DNA of 64,000 nt from a virus, in the IMG/VR virus record IMGVR_UViG_3300025137_005002, positions 1 through 64,000 of that record; one strand, given 5' to 3'. Numbering within the stretch: the first letter of the stretch is position 1; each line of letters opens with the position of its first letter. Positions 56,455 through 64,000 of the stretch are shown here, piece by piece. The position numbers and the translations under genes were made by a program. Under the pieces are notes generated by a model, which did no database searches, was not told the origin of the DNA, and was given only the letters and a program-made list of their open reading frames with translations.

Positions 56455-56862
56455 TTAATTTGATTCTGTACTAGCACTATCTTCAGTTGCTGGTGCAGTT
56501 TCGTTAGTTTCTACTGCTGGTGCTTCATCGCCCTCGGCAGGTTTATCAACTGCATCACCTTTTGGTATTGCTCCTGTTGATACTAGAAAATTAACTAGAT
56601 TTGTATATGTTTCGCCTACAGTTTTTAATTCTTCTGCTTTAAAGGCTCCACGTTGAGTACAGATTTGAACAATTTGTACCATCTTTTTTAGGTCACCAAC
56701 TGATAGTCCTGGTTGAGGTGGTAAACCTTCTGCAGGTGGTACCATAGGTGTTCCTTCAGGTGTCTTTGGTGCTGGCATCTTAATACCAGTACTTCCAGTA
56801 CCTGTTGTCGCATCAACTGGATGTGACGTATGTTTCGCTTTTCTTACCATTGTTTTCTCCAT
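56455..56862 (-). CDS. Hypothetical protein with low-complexity termini
   Basis: Core LSVGDL...QRGAFKAEEL..VG..Y..L..FL; Pro/Thr/Glu-rich ends. Confidence 0.6.
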   Translation of the reverse strand: MEKTMVRKAKHTSHPVDATTGTGSTGIKMPAPKTPEGTPMVPPAEGLPPQPGLSVGDLKKMVQIVQICTQRGAFKAEELKTVGETYTNLVNFLVSTGAIPKGDAVDKPAEGDEAPAVETNETAPATEDSASTESN

Positions 56863-56865
56863 TTG

Positions 56866-56900
56866 TATAAATAGTTATATACTACTATTATTATTTATCA
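56866..56900. promoter_or_regulatory. Divergent T4-late-type promoter motifs
   Basis: TATAAATA on + (56866-56873) and TGATAAATA on - (56892-56900) between divergent genes. Confidence 0.55.
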
Positions 56901-56915
56901 TCACAGGAAAACCCC

Positions 56916-57461
56916 ATGAAGAAGTTGATTATTATTTGTACACTTTTGTTATCTAGTTTGTCTGCATATGCAGAAGAACCTTATAACTTACTCAATCCGC
57001 CTAAAGTCGTTGAATTCAATGAACCCCAGGCAAAATACTTTTTTAATGTAGCAGGCGGTTGTGTATATCTTTACACAATGCAATACAAACACGCCGCAGT
57101 GGCTAATTTAATAGACGGAAGTCAACCAAGTGCTGACTGGATGTCTAATGCTAGTGCTGAATCCAATGCTTGGATCAATCTAGCAAAACTTACAGAAGTT
57201 ATCCTAATTAAGAATTACGATGCTACTGCACAAGAAATTCTAGATTATAAACTAGGACAGTTTGCACAAATGAACGAATATTTTGCTAGTACATTTATGT
57301 CTACACACCCGCAGGAGTTTTTTACTAAACTTCTAAGCTCTACAAGTTATTGTGTATTAAACCGAGAACCTATTATGAAGTTTTTACAACTTGCAAGTGA
57401 GCATGAAAGTAATAAGCCTAAGGATGTGCCAGAGGTTGATAAGCCAGTGAAAAGAATGTAG
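56916..57461 (+). CDS. Secreted/periplasmic hypothetical protein
   Basis: Signal peptide MKKLIIICTLLLSSLSAYA; lone + strand gene in a - strand block. Confidence 0.6.
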   Translation: MKKLIIICTLLLSSLSAYAEEPYNLLNPPKVVEFNEPQAKYFFNVAGGCVYLYTMQYKHAAVANLIDGSQPSADWMSNASAESNAWINLAKLTEVILIKNYDATAQEILDYKLGQFAQMNEYFASTFMSTHPQEFFTKLLSSTSYCVLNREPIMKFLQLASEHESNKPKDVPEVDKPVKRM

Positions 57462-57759
57462 ATTCTTCAGGAACTTCAAACCCAATAGTTACTTCAACAT
57501 CGAAGCCGTGATAGTCGTTCCAGTCTTCCATATCATCTAATTCACCAAGTTTTGATGCTCGTTCCTTTTTTGAATACTCTGTAACTGTAAATCTGCCATC
57601 TAGGTTACTAAATATCCAATTCTTAATATGGTCAACTACTTCGTTATGTGTTTGACCCATATTCATATGATTAACTTCATGTTTAATTTGTGTAAAGTGA
57701 GGAGGCATAATACTTACCTCTCTTTGATTAAGAACATTTAATGGATTAATATCTCTCAT
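57418..57759 (-). CDS. Hypothetical protein
   Basis: NPLNVL..R.V...PPHF...IGFE...E..FF.L. Confidence 0.6.
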   Translation of the reverse strand: MRDINPLNVLNQREVSIMPPHFTQIKHEVNHMNMGQTHNEVVDHIKNWIFSNLDGRFTVTEYSKKERASKLGELDDMEDWNDYHGFDVEVTIGFEVPEESTFFSLAYQPLAHP

Positions 57760-57926
57760 TTAATACTACCAATCATTACTAATACACAAATATAAAAAAA
57801 TGCAAAAGCAAAAACAGGTGCCGCATTTGAAATCTTCTTTGTAGTTTCTGGCTCAGGCGTTACATAATTCGAACCCATATAATCTCTATCCCAAGCATCT
57901 CTTCTTGTGTCTTTTTTATTACTCAT
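57756..57926 (-). CDS. Small membrane-anchored protein
   Basis: MSNKKDTRRDAWDRDY... with C-terminal TM; track start 58004 probably too long. Confidence 0.45.
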   Translation of the reverse strand: MSNKKDTRRDAWDRDYMGSNYVTPEPETTKKISNAAPVFAFAFFYICVLVMIGSIK

Positions 57927-58053
57927 TAGTAACTCGCAAATACTACAAATACAATACAAGCAATAAAACCTGCAACCAAAACATGATTGCCAAGATTTAA
58001 CCAACTAGTACCTACAGTACTTTTGTTCTTTGGATCTATAAATTTATTTTCCA

Positions 58054-59358
58054 TTATGCCGCTCTTTTTCTACTTTGTTCTTTTTGTTCATAGTAAGCAT
58101 AAGTTCCAAATGGTGGAACAATATCATCACTACCATGAATAATAAACACTGTATCACAGTATAAATCATCACCCCAACTACCAAACGGATATCCGTCTGT
58201 AAACATAATAAATTTCTTAGGCTCAATACCTTTTTCTTTCATATACTCCCAATTACATTCGAAGTCTGTACCTCCGCCTCCAACTGGAATATAGTCAATT
58301 AACTCTTCTCCGTTACTTGGATCAAAGTCTTGTTCAGCATAAACACTAGTATCAAAGCACCATACTTTAATATTGTAATCTTCATATGCATCCATAATAC
58401 CTTTTATTTCACTTAAAAAGTCTCTTGCCATTTTGTTACTAATACTACCTGACATATCAAGAGCAATACAAACATCAATCTTTTCATCATTGTTCATACC
58501 AGGTAATACTGCGTCCATGTGCCACGAACGTCTGTTAATCTTTTGAAAAGTAAAGTCACTCTTAATAGTGCTTTCAATTTGTTGTTGAAGTAATGTTCTC
58601 CAATCCATTTTAGGTTGTGTCCATTGCTCAATAAGTCTTTTAACACCTGCAGGCAAATTACCAGAACCAGCACTTTGAGCCGCACCCATTACAGCCGCTT
58701 TCATTTCTTCTTTAATTTGTCTCTTCTCTTCTTCTGAAAGTCTAGGGCGTCCACTGTTTTTACCTTTAGAACTATCGTCGCCCTCGCCTTCATTGGCTTT
58801 TCCACTTCCAGAATCATCTTCTAAATGGTCATCAAGTACTTTATCTAATAGAGAATCAATATCAATTTTATCTGCATTCTCATATAAGTCGTCGTACACT
58901 TCTTCAAATGCCCAACCATAATATTTTCTGTCGTGTATCATATCTACAGTTGTAATAGGTTCACCTACAGTATTTTGTATTAGGTCACCATTTACACAAT
59001 AGTCAGCGGCAATATTTGCCAAATTTTTATCTCTGCCAGGGAACCTTCCCATATGGTCATAAACTACATGAAGTACTTCATGCCCAAACAAGAACATAGT
59101 TTCACCTACACTCAATGCATTTACGAATTTTGTATTGTAATAGAAACGTCTACCATCAGTTGCCGCGGTTGGCAACCATTCATCAGCATTAATAAGTTCA
59201 AGCCTTGTTGCTAATGTACCAAAAAATGGATGTTTAATAAGTAGGCTAACTCTAGCCTGGATTAGTTTTTCCTTAACTATTTTATCTAGTTCAGGATCAG
59301 TTTCAAATCCAACTTCACACTTGAATTTGTTACCTGTTTTATTTGTTTGAAACGACAT
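58054..59358 (-). CDS. HExxH metallopeptidase + VWA-domain protein (DUF2201-like)
   Basis: PFFG, TAATDG, HEVLH, N.AAD..VN; VWA MIDAS DMSGS, GGGGTDF, FTDG. Confidence 0.85.
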   Translation of the reverse strand: MSFQTNKTGNKFKCEVGFETDPELDKIVKEKLIQARVSLLIKHPFFGTLATRLELINADEWLPTAATDGRRFYYNTKFVNALSVGETMFLFGHEVLHVVYDHMGRFPGRDKNLANIAADYCVNGDLIQNTVGEPITTVDMIHDRKYYGWAFEEVYDDLYENADKIDIDSLLDKVLDDHLEDDSGSGKANEGEGDDSSKGKNSGRPRLSEEEKRQIKEEMKAAVMGAAQSAGSGNLPAGVKRLIEQWTQPKMDWRTLLQQQIESTIKSDFTFQKINRRSWHMDAVLPGMNNDEKIDVCIALDMSGSISNKMARDFLSEIKGIMDAYEDYNIKVWCFDTSVYAEQDFDPSNGEELIDYIPVGGGGTDFECNWEYMKEKGIEPKKFIMFTDGYPFGSWGDDLYCDTVFIIHGSDDIVPPFGTYAYYEQKEQSRKRAA

Positions 59359-59388
59359 TTAATACCTCTTTTTTTAACTTACTATTAT

Positions 59389-59416
59389 ATAATAGCATCT
59401 TTACAGTATTTGTCAA
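59389..59416 (-). promoter_or_regulatory. Sigma70-type early promoter
   Basis: TTGACA-16 nt (ending TGC)-TATTAT. Confidence 0.75.
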
Positions 59417-59419
59417 CTA

Positions 59420-59674
59420 TTAATTCAGTGTTCTTTTACCGAATCTATTAGCCAAATGGGGAAAATCTTCTTCGAATTCTTGCGAAATTGCTTCTTCCAT
59501 ACCTGATTCTGCCATTGCTAAAACCTGTTTAATTGTATGGTTAACTCTACTATTATCCCTTGGCATTAGAACGGTTTTTAAATCACCATTTGGAGTTATT
59601 ACTAATACCCAATCGTCGTCTTTGACTGACTTCATTAAGACTTCTAAATCTTTTTTAATGTCTGGTTTCTTCAT
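59420..59674 (-). CDS. Hypothetical protein
   Basis: TAAATACT motif 3 nt before ATG 59674. Confidence 0.55.
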   Translation of the reverse strand: MKKPDIKKDLEVLMKSVKDDDWVLVITPNGDLKTVLMPRDNSRVNHTIKQVLAMAESGMEEAISQEFEEDFPHLANRFGKRTLN

Positions 59675-59687
59675 AATAGTATTTACC

Positions 59688-59717
59688 AAAAAAGTGGGAG
59701 GGCTTTTACACCCTCCC
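59688..59717 (-). terminator. Rho-independent terminator after the AAA ATPase
   Basis: GGGAGGG/CCCTCCC stem (59696-59717) followed by a U-tract on - strand. Confidence 0.8.
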
Positions 59718-59737
59718 TAATATACCTAGCAGGAGAA

Positions 59738-60853
59738 CTAGGCATTATGACTGGCTTTGATATATTTTCCGAACCTGTCATAAAACTCTTTGTAGTTTTT
59801 AAGATATTTTGGTCTCAAAGGAATCTTGTATGTTACAAGTGCCGCCCTTGCACCAAGTACAACCATTTCAGTTTCGAAGTTATCCATCATAAACCTAAAG
59901 AAGTTATCTGCAAGTTTATGGAATTTTTCGATACCTTTTGTACCTTCTTTATTATATGCTTCTCTCAATTCGTAACACATTGAAACTGTCAATGAATACC
60001 TACCTGAGATTTCAACACTTGAATCTAACTTCTTAACTTTACCGTTAAGTACGTCAGTTGGATTAGGAAGTTTACCACTGTTCTTCATAGTAGCCATAAA
60101 CTTAACACCAACACCTTCACCTACTGCACCTGACACTAGGTTAGCCAATGTTGCTTCATCCATATCGTCGTCATCAATAAGATCACTTACGAAAGTCCAA
60201 CTTCTTGGAGTTGCAAAACTTCTACTAGAAGACCTAGGATCAAAATCAAATAAGTCTTGTTTGTGAACTGTAATGTGACCAATTACATCAGAATGGATAC
60301 CATTATTAATAGCCCACTCTAACCAACTATCATAATCAACTCTCATCTCCATATGAACAAATCTATTTGCCAACGGAGCAGGCATTCTATAAGTAACACC
60401 TTTATCAGTTTCTCTATTACCCGCCGCTACAATAACAACGTTATCAGGAAGTTGATACTTACCAACTCTGTTATTAAGAACAAGTTGATATGCCGCCGCC
60501 TGTGTAGATTGTGGAGCAGAGTTAAGTTCGTCTAAGAACAATACAACTGTATCGTATTTCTTAGCCAACTCGGCACTTGGAAGGTCAACTGGTGGAGCCC
60601 AATCCATAACGCCTAATTCTTTATTGTAAAAAGGAATACCTTTGATATCTGTAGGCTCCATAAGAGCCATTCTCAAATCTATCAATAATGCATTACCAAC
60701 GTCACCAGAATCAACGATGCCTTGCATCAGTTCTGATTTACCAATTCCCATAGGTCCCCAAAGGAACACGGGTCTCTTTTTTGTAAAGGCTTTTAATATT
60801 GCCTTCTTTGCTTCAGTACTTGTTACAGTTCTGTTTTCAGTGATTGTAGACAT
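59738..60853 (-). CDS. MoxR-like AAA+ ATPase
   Basis: Walker A GPMGIGKS, Walker B LFLDELN, AAGN, PLANRF, TPRSW; AGGAG RBS. Confidence 0.88.
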   Translation of the reverse strand: MSTITENRTVTSTEAKKAILKAFTKKRPVFLWGPMGIGKSELMQGIVDSGDVGNALLIDLRMALMEPTDIKGIPFYNKELGVMDWAPPVDLPSAELAKKYDTVVLFLDELNSAPQSTQAAAYQLVLNNRVGKYQLPDNVVIVAAGNRETDKGVTYRMPAPLANRFVHMEMRVDYDSWLEWAINNGIHSDVIGHITVHKQDLFDFDPRSSSRSFATPRSWTFVSDLIDDDDMDEATLANLVSGAVGEGVGVKFMATMKNSGKLPNPTDVLNGKVKKLDSSVEISGRYSLTVSMCYELREAYNKEGTKGIEKFHKLADNFFRFMMDNFETEMVVLGARAALVTYKIPLRPKYLKNYKEFYDRFGKYIKASHNA

Positions 60854-60889
60854 AGTTTCTCCTGCTTTCTGTGTCATGTTTATAATTTT

Positions 60890-60917
60890 ATATTAGCACC
60901 ATTCTGTATATTGTCAA
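60890..60917 (-). promoter_or_regulatory. Sigma70-type early promoter
   Basis: TTGACA-16 nt (ending TGC)-TAATAT. Confidence 0.7.
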
Positions 60918-60922
60918 CCTTT

Positions 60923-61270
60923 TTATGCAACATTTTGAAATCCTAAACTTGCAACAACGGATTTATTACCGCTTTCATCTATGACAATATCTCCAACACT
61001 AACTGAATGCATTGGTTTAAATCTTTCTATTTGTTCTTCAGGACCTATATTACCAACTTCAAATACATCTTCTAAATCGTTAGCATTAATATTTGCAACG
61101 TGTTCAAAGTAACCATCTTTAAATGCTTGACTGGCTGGAACATTAATATCTTCATTACACATTATCATATCCATTTTAGCCTTCTGCTTTGGAACTGAAT
61201 TATGTCCTGTTTCATTAACTTGGTCAACTTCTGCACTAGTAAGTTTAATTTGATAAAGTTTGTATTTCAT
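60923..61270 (-). CDS. YodL-like protein
   Basis: YKLYQI...LEDVF..GN...MHSVSVGDIV. Confidence 0.6.
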   Translation of the reverse strand: MKYKLYQIKLTSAEVDQVNETGHNSVPKQKAKMDMIMCNEDINVPASQAFKDGYFEHVANINANDLEDVFEVGNIGPEEQIERFKPMHSVSVGDIVIDESGNKSVVASLGFQNVA

Positions 61271-61300
61271 TATTTGTCCTTTTTCTCTTAACATACTATT

Positions 61301-61328
61301 ATAATAACACCATTCTGTTATCTGTCAA
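61301..61328 (-). promoter_or_regulatory. Sigma70-type early promoter
   Basis: TTGACA-16 nt (ending TGT)-TATTAT; spacer resembles that of the 60890 promoter (ACAGAATGGTG). Confidence 0.75.
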
Positions 61329-61333
61329 CCTTT

Positions 61334-61540
61334 TTATATTGCGTATTTTGACCAGTATTCTTGCCATACATCATATAATCCATCTTCATAATTATCAGCA
61401 TCAGATGATCCAGCAAGTAAATTTACATGGTCTTTCATTTTGTTTTGAAACTCGTTGTAGTCTTCACAACTTTTTATTTCTTCACAAGCGATATCGTAAA
61501 ATTTATCTACGTTATCAAATATCATTGAACTCATTCCCAT
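61334..61540 (-). CDS. Early acidic hypothetical protein
   Basis: AGGAG RBS. Confidence 0.6.
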   Translation of the reverse strand: MGMSSMIFDNVDKFYDIACEEIKSCEDYNEFQNKMKDHVNLLAGSSDADNYEDGLYDVWQEYWSKYAI

Positions 61541-61541
61541 A

Positions 61542-61742
61542 TTATACTCCTATTGTTGTTAATTGAAATATTGCTTCGTTAATGTGTAATGCGATACTAA
61601 TACCAAATATCCATGCTAGTGTACCAAACATAAACCAAATCATAAGCAATACTATAAATGCTTTAATACTAAATTTAATAATTTCTGGAAAGTATTTTAC
61701 TGCTACAAAAATTATTGCTATTAATCCTATAAAACTTAACAT
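61542..61742 (-). CDS. Early small membrane protein
   Basis: Two TM helices; AAGGAG RBS. Confidence 0.6.
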   Translation of the reverse strand: MLSFIGLIAIIFVAVKYFPEIIKFSIKAFIVLLMIWFMFGTLAWIFGISIALHINEAIFQLTTIGV

Positions 61743-61764
61743 CTTATCTCCTTATTATAGTATT

Positions 61765-61792
61765 ACTATAACATGGATTGCTAATACGTCAA
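61765..61792 (-). promoter_or_regulatory. Sigma70-type early promoter
   Basis: TTGACG-16 nt (ending TGT)-TATAGT. Confidence 0.65.
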
Positions 61793-61908
61793 CCTTTTAT
61801 TTTATCGCAGTTTATATGAAGAATTTGATACCTTAAATGCCCATTATATGGTAGTTTAATCGCTTATATAAGGGCCGTATACGGGCAAACGGGTGTTTTG
61901 GGTGTACT

Positions 61909-62295
61909 TTACAAGGGTTTATTGGCTTCTAGATATAAATCTAAGTCGCCATCATATAAAGATAGCATTGTAGCCACTTGATCACCAAATAATTCAATTT
62001 TATGGTGGTCATTTGATAGTCGTCCTACTAGGAAATACGGACACTCTATTATTTTGTCCATATATAGGACTTTTTTCATTGATTGTACAGGAGTTTTGAG
62101 AGTTAGTGTGGTATAATCAATATCACAGTTCTTTATAAAAAACTGCCTACCCACATGAGTTAATCTAAGTCCACCATCATCTCTGAAGTTGGCCCAAATT
62201 TGAGGATAAATTGTTTTGAAAGGTTCGCTAACACCTACTGCTTCTTTAAGCAGTAATTCGGTTAACTCTCGTTTGTTGATTCCGGATATATGCAT
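61909..62295 (-). CDS. Hypothetical protein
   Basis: W.N.R..GGLRLT..G...PYF...L.LYDGDL. Confidence 0.6.
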   Translation of the reverse strand: MHISGINKRELTELLLKEAVGVSEPFKTIYPQIWANFRDDGGLRLTHVGRQFFIKNCDIDYTTLTLKTPVQSMKKVLYMDKIIECPYFLVGRLSNDHHKIELFGDQVATMLSLYDGDLDLYLEANKPL

Positions 62296-62564
62296 TTGCC
62301 AGCATTCAGTAAAACTACTGTGAATTTATCACATTTAAATAGTACGTTTAATTTCTTTGCCAAGTTAATTGCATGGCCCGGATTAGAAAAAGAAACTTTT
62401 TTGTACTTTGGACTAGCATACCCAACCATTGCATTAAAACTTTTTAAGTTAATTGGTTTGGCATCATAAAAGACAGCCCACACACCTTCTGATTGAAGTA
62501 TTTGATCTGTCTTGTAGTCTTTATCGACTTTTTCTATTAGTATTACTGGTTTTGGTCTACTCAC
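62262..62564 (-). CDS. Hypothetical protein
   Basis: GTG start after AGGAG; SRPKP...KYKKVSFSNPGHA.NLAKKLN; TGATAAATA motif upstream (62588-62596). Confidence 0.65.
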   Translation of the reverse strand: MSRPKPVILIEKVDKDYKTDQILQSEGVWAVFYDAKPINLKSFNAMVGYASPKYKKVSFSNPGHAINLAKKLNVLFKCDKFTVVLLNAGKCIYPESTNES

Positions 62565-62619
62565 TACATATTCTCCTATTATAATATTATTTATCAAATA
62601 GAAGGATAAAGTGCTACTA

Positions 62620-62841
62620 TTATGAGCCGAATGAACCGCCGTCCATTTGCCCTGTAACAGGTGCGTTGTCTTGCTCCATAACCTTAATTAACTTATCTTG
62701 TAATAAGATTACTTTACTTTGTAGTTCTACAATATCATTTAATAATAATTTTGCATCACTAGTTTGTAACGAGACCTGTTCCTTTTGCATATCACTACTG
62801 CTTGAAACTAGGTGACTGAAGTTACTAATTTGTATACTCAT
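62620..62841 (-). CDS. Small coiled-coil protein
   Basis: GAGGA RBS; C-terminal MDGGSF. Confidence 0.55.
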   Translation of the reverse strand: MSIQISNFSHLVSSSSDMQKEQVSLQTSDAKLLLNDIVELQSKVILLQDKLIKVMEQDNAPVTGQMDGGSFGS

Positions 62842-62916
62842 TTTGGATCCTCTTTATTCATACGCCATAACATAAACACTGGCAAAGAATAAATTAGTAT
62901 CATAACTAATATCATA

Positions 62917-63432
62917 TTAATCATCTTCTTTACTCTTTTTTCTTAACATTGTTAGCATATCATCTTTCATTTTAAATGGTCCAATGAATTCATATTTGTC
63001 TAAGGTTACAAGTTTAGGACAGAAACTTCTTGTCCAGCCATTCTCATACTTAACAACATAATACCCGGCACAATGCATACTTTGGCTTTTTTCATTTTTA
63101 GAATATAAAGGTAATTTTTTCCTAACGTCATATACAACATTAAAAGATTTACTTGCACTAGGATAGCCATGAACATCATCAACGTGTCGTTCATCTGTAT
63201 TCCTAGTAACTTCTGTTTCTACAACTCTATTACTAACTTTGTATACATTAGTTTCAACGTCAATACCAAACTCTTCTTGTAGTTTATTTTTATCAGTTAC
63301 TTGAAACTTACCGTTCTTATAACTGACTTCGTATTGCTCATTTGCAATCTGTCGAAGTGTTCCACACTTTTGACCATCGGATTCTATAATCCAAAACTTT
63401 TTATCAACTATTGTTTTTAAACTGTAACTCAT
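62917..63432 (-). CDS. Hypothetical protein
   Basis: LPLYSK..KS.S..CAGYY...FCPKL.TL..Y...GPFK. Confidence 0.6.
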   Translation of the reverse strand: MSYSLKTIVDKKFWIIESDGQKCGTLRQIANEQYEVSYKNGKFQVTDKNKLQEEFGIDVETNVYKVSNRVVETEVTRNTDERHVDDVHGYPSASKSFNVVYDVRKKLPLYSKNEKSQSMHCAGYYVVKYENGWTRSFCPKLVTLDKYEFIGPFKMKDDMLTMLRKKSKEDD

Positions 63433-64000
63433 TCTCTATAACCTGCTTGTAAAAATTCTGCGTACTTTTGAGCATTCTCCGCCACCTTGTTTAATTCATA
63501 CTTTCCACAAAACTTTAAAAACTTTGCACCTACCATTGTATGATCCTTTATTGCTACAGTTTCATCAATATGGTCATCTACATAGTCTTTTATTTCTTGT
63601 GGTTGTTTTGTCAAGTCAATCAACTGTACGTTTCGTTGATAATCATCTATTACACGATGCTCAATACCATTATGGTCTACCCAACGTTGTAGCATCATAT
63701 TATTCCAATTGAAGCCTTTGTTGTTTCTATCTTCAAATGCTTCTACTAATCCTACTTTATTCTTTGTACCTTTTTTACGAACACCTGGAAATGCACTAAA
63801 CACATTGTCACTAGTATCACCTCTCATACATTTTTCAAATAATAACCATTCAGGGTTAGGTGTTTCTTTAGGTTGTTTTGTTTTCTTATCAATTACATGA
63901 TTACCTTTGTCATCAAAGATACCTTGTAGTGTATGTAATTCTTGTGTAATGCCGTTGTATTGTGTAACCTTATCAGTTATTAACTGTATAAAGTCTGTGT
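63429..64000 (-). CDS. rnh: T4 RNase H-like / 5'-3' exonuclease (FEN family), 5'-truncated by window edge
   Basis: Frame open to window end; K.MRGDTSDNV...PG, RN.QLIDL...P typical of the H3TH region. Confidence 0.75.
   Translation of the reverse strand, partial: TDFIQLITDKVTQYNGITQELHTLQGIFDDKGNHVIDKKTKQPKETPNPEWLLFEKCMRGDTSDNVFSAFPGVRKKGTKNKVGLVEAFEDRNNKGFNWNNMMLQRWVDHNGIEHRVIDDYQRNVQLIDLTKQPQEIKDYVDDHIDETVAIKDHTMVGAKFLKFCGKYELNKVAENAQKYAEFLQAGYRE

Noticed and set aside
61875-61884. Palindrome CCGTATACGG in an intergenic gap
   Set aside because: Single 10-bp palindrome without a U-tract or a second copy; may be chance.
4161-63900. Many short antisense or alternate-frame ORFs in the track (e.g. 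19217..19630, 24689..25126, 33424..33837, 41306..41911, 54472..54972)
   Set aside because: Fully nested in motif-bearing genes; no RBS or recognisable motifs; typical shadow ORFs.
1-64000. CRISPR array, tRNA/rRNA, transposase, intron or intein
   Set aside because: No regularly spaced repeats, cloverleaf/T-loop signature, transposase or splicing motifs seen by eye; tRNAscan/Infernal were not run.
1-64000. Alternative genetic code or selenocysteine recoding
   Set aside because: Genes are full length in the standard code; TAA, TAG and TGA all occur as stops at tight operon junctions.

Overview
AT-rich, gene-dense 64 kb segment, most consistent with a large (jumbo/T4-like) tailed phage of an aquatic proteobacterium. 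Supporting features are ThyX, a T4-RNase-H-like 5'-3' exonuclease, a MoxR AAA + VWA/metallopeptidase pair, YodL-like and SutA-like small proteins, repeated sigma70-type early promoters and TAAATA late-type motifs; no structural genes are in the window, so the phage call is an inference. Positions ~1-52 kb (+ strand) form one very large biosynthetic island. (i) A glycan/tailoring block: GT-like proteins, five SGNH-like proteins, NTP-transferase, two NDP-sugar dehydrogenases, DegT aminotransferase, amidinotransferase, carbamoyltransferase, methyltransferase, cytidylyltransferase. (ii) A cassette of MTA/SAH nucleosidase, cupin, RuBisCO-like protein, APRT and PMM-type HAD. (iii) 17 radical SAM enzymes: 10 with an N-terminal twitch domain, 6 with a C-terminal twitch (one split into two genes) and 1 other, often as recurring B-then-A pairs. 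These come with their own Fe-S maturation genes (YgfZ, NfuA/NifU-like, SufE, IscU) and a nitroreductase-fold flavoprotein. The best candidate for an undescribed system is this self-supporting viral radical-SAM 'factory': enzymes plus cluster assembly plus probable by-product disposal, with an unknown product. From ~52.4 kb genes switch to the - strand. All family calls come from motif recognition by eye; no database search was run.
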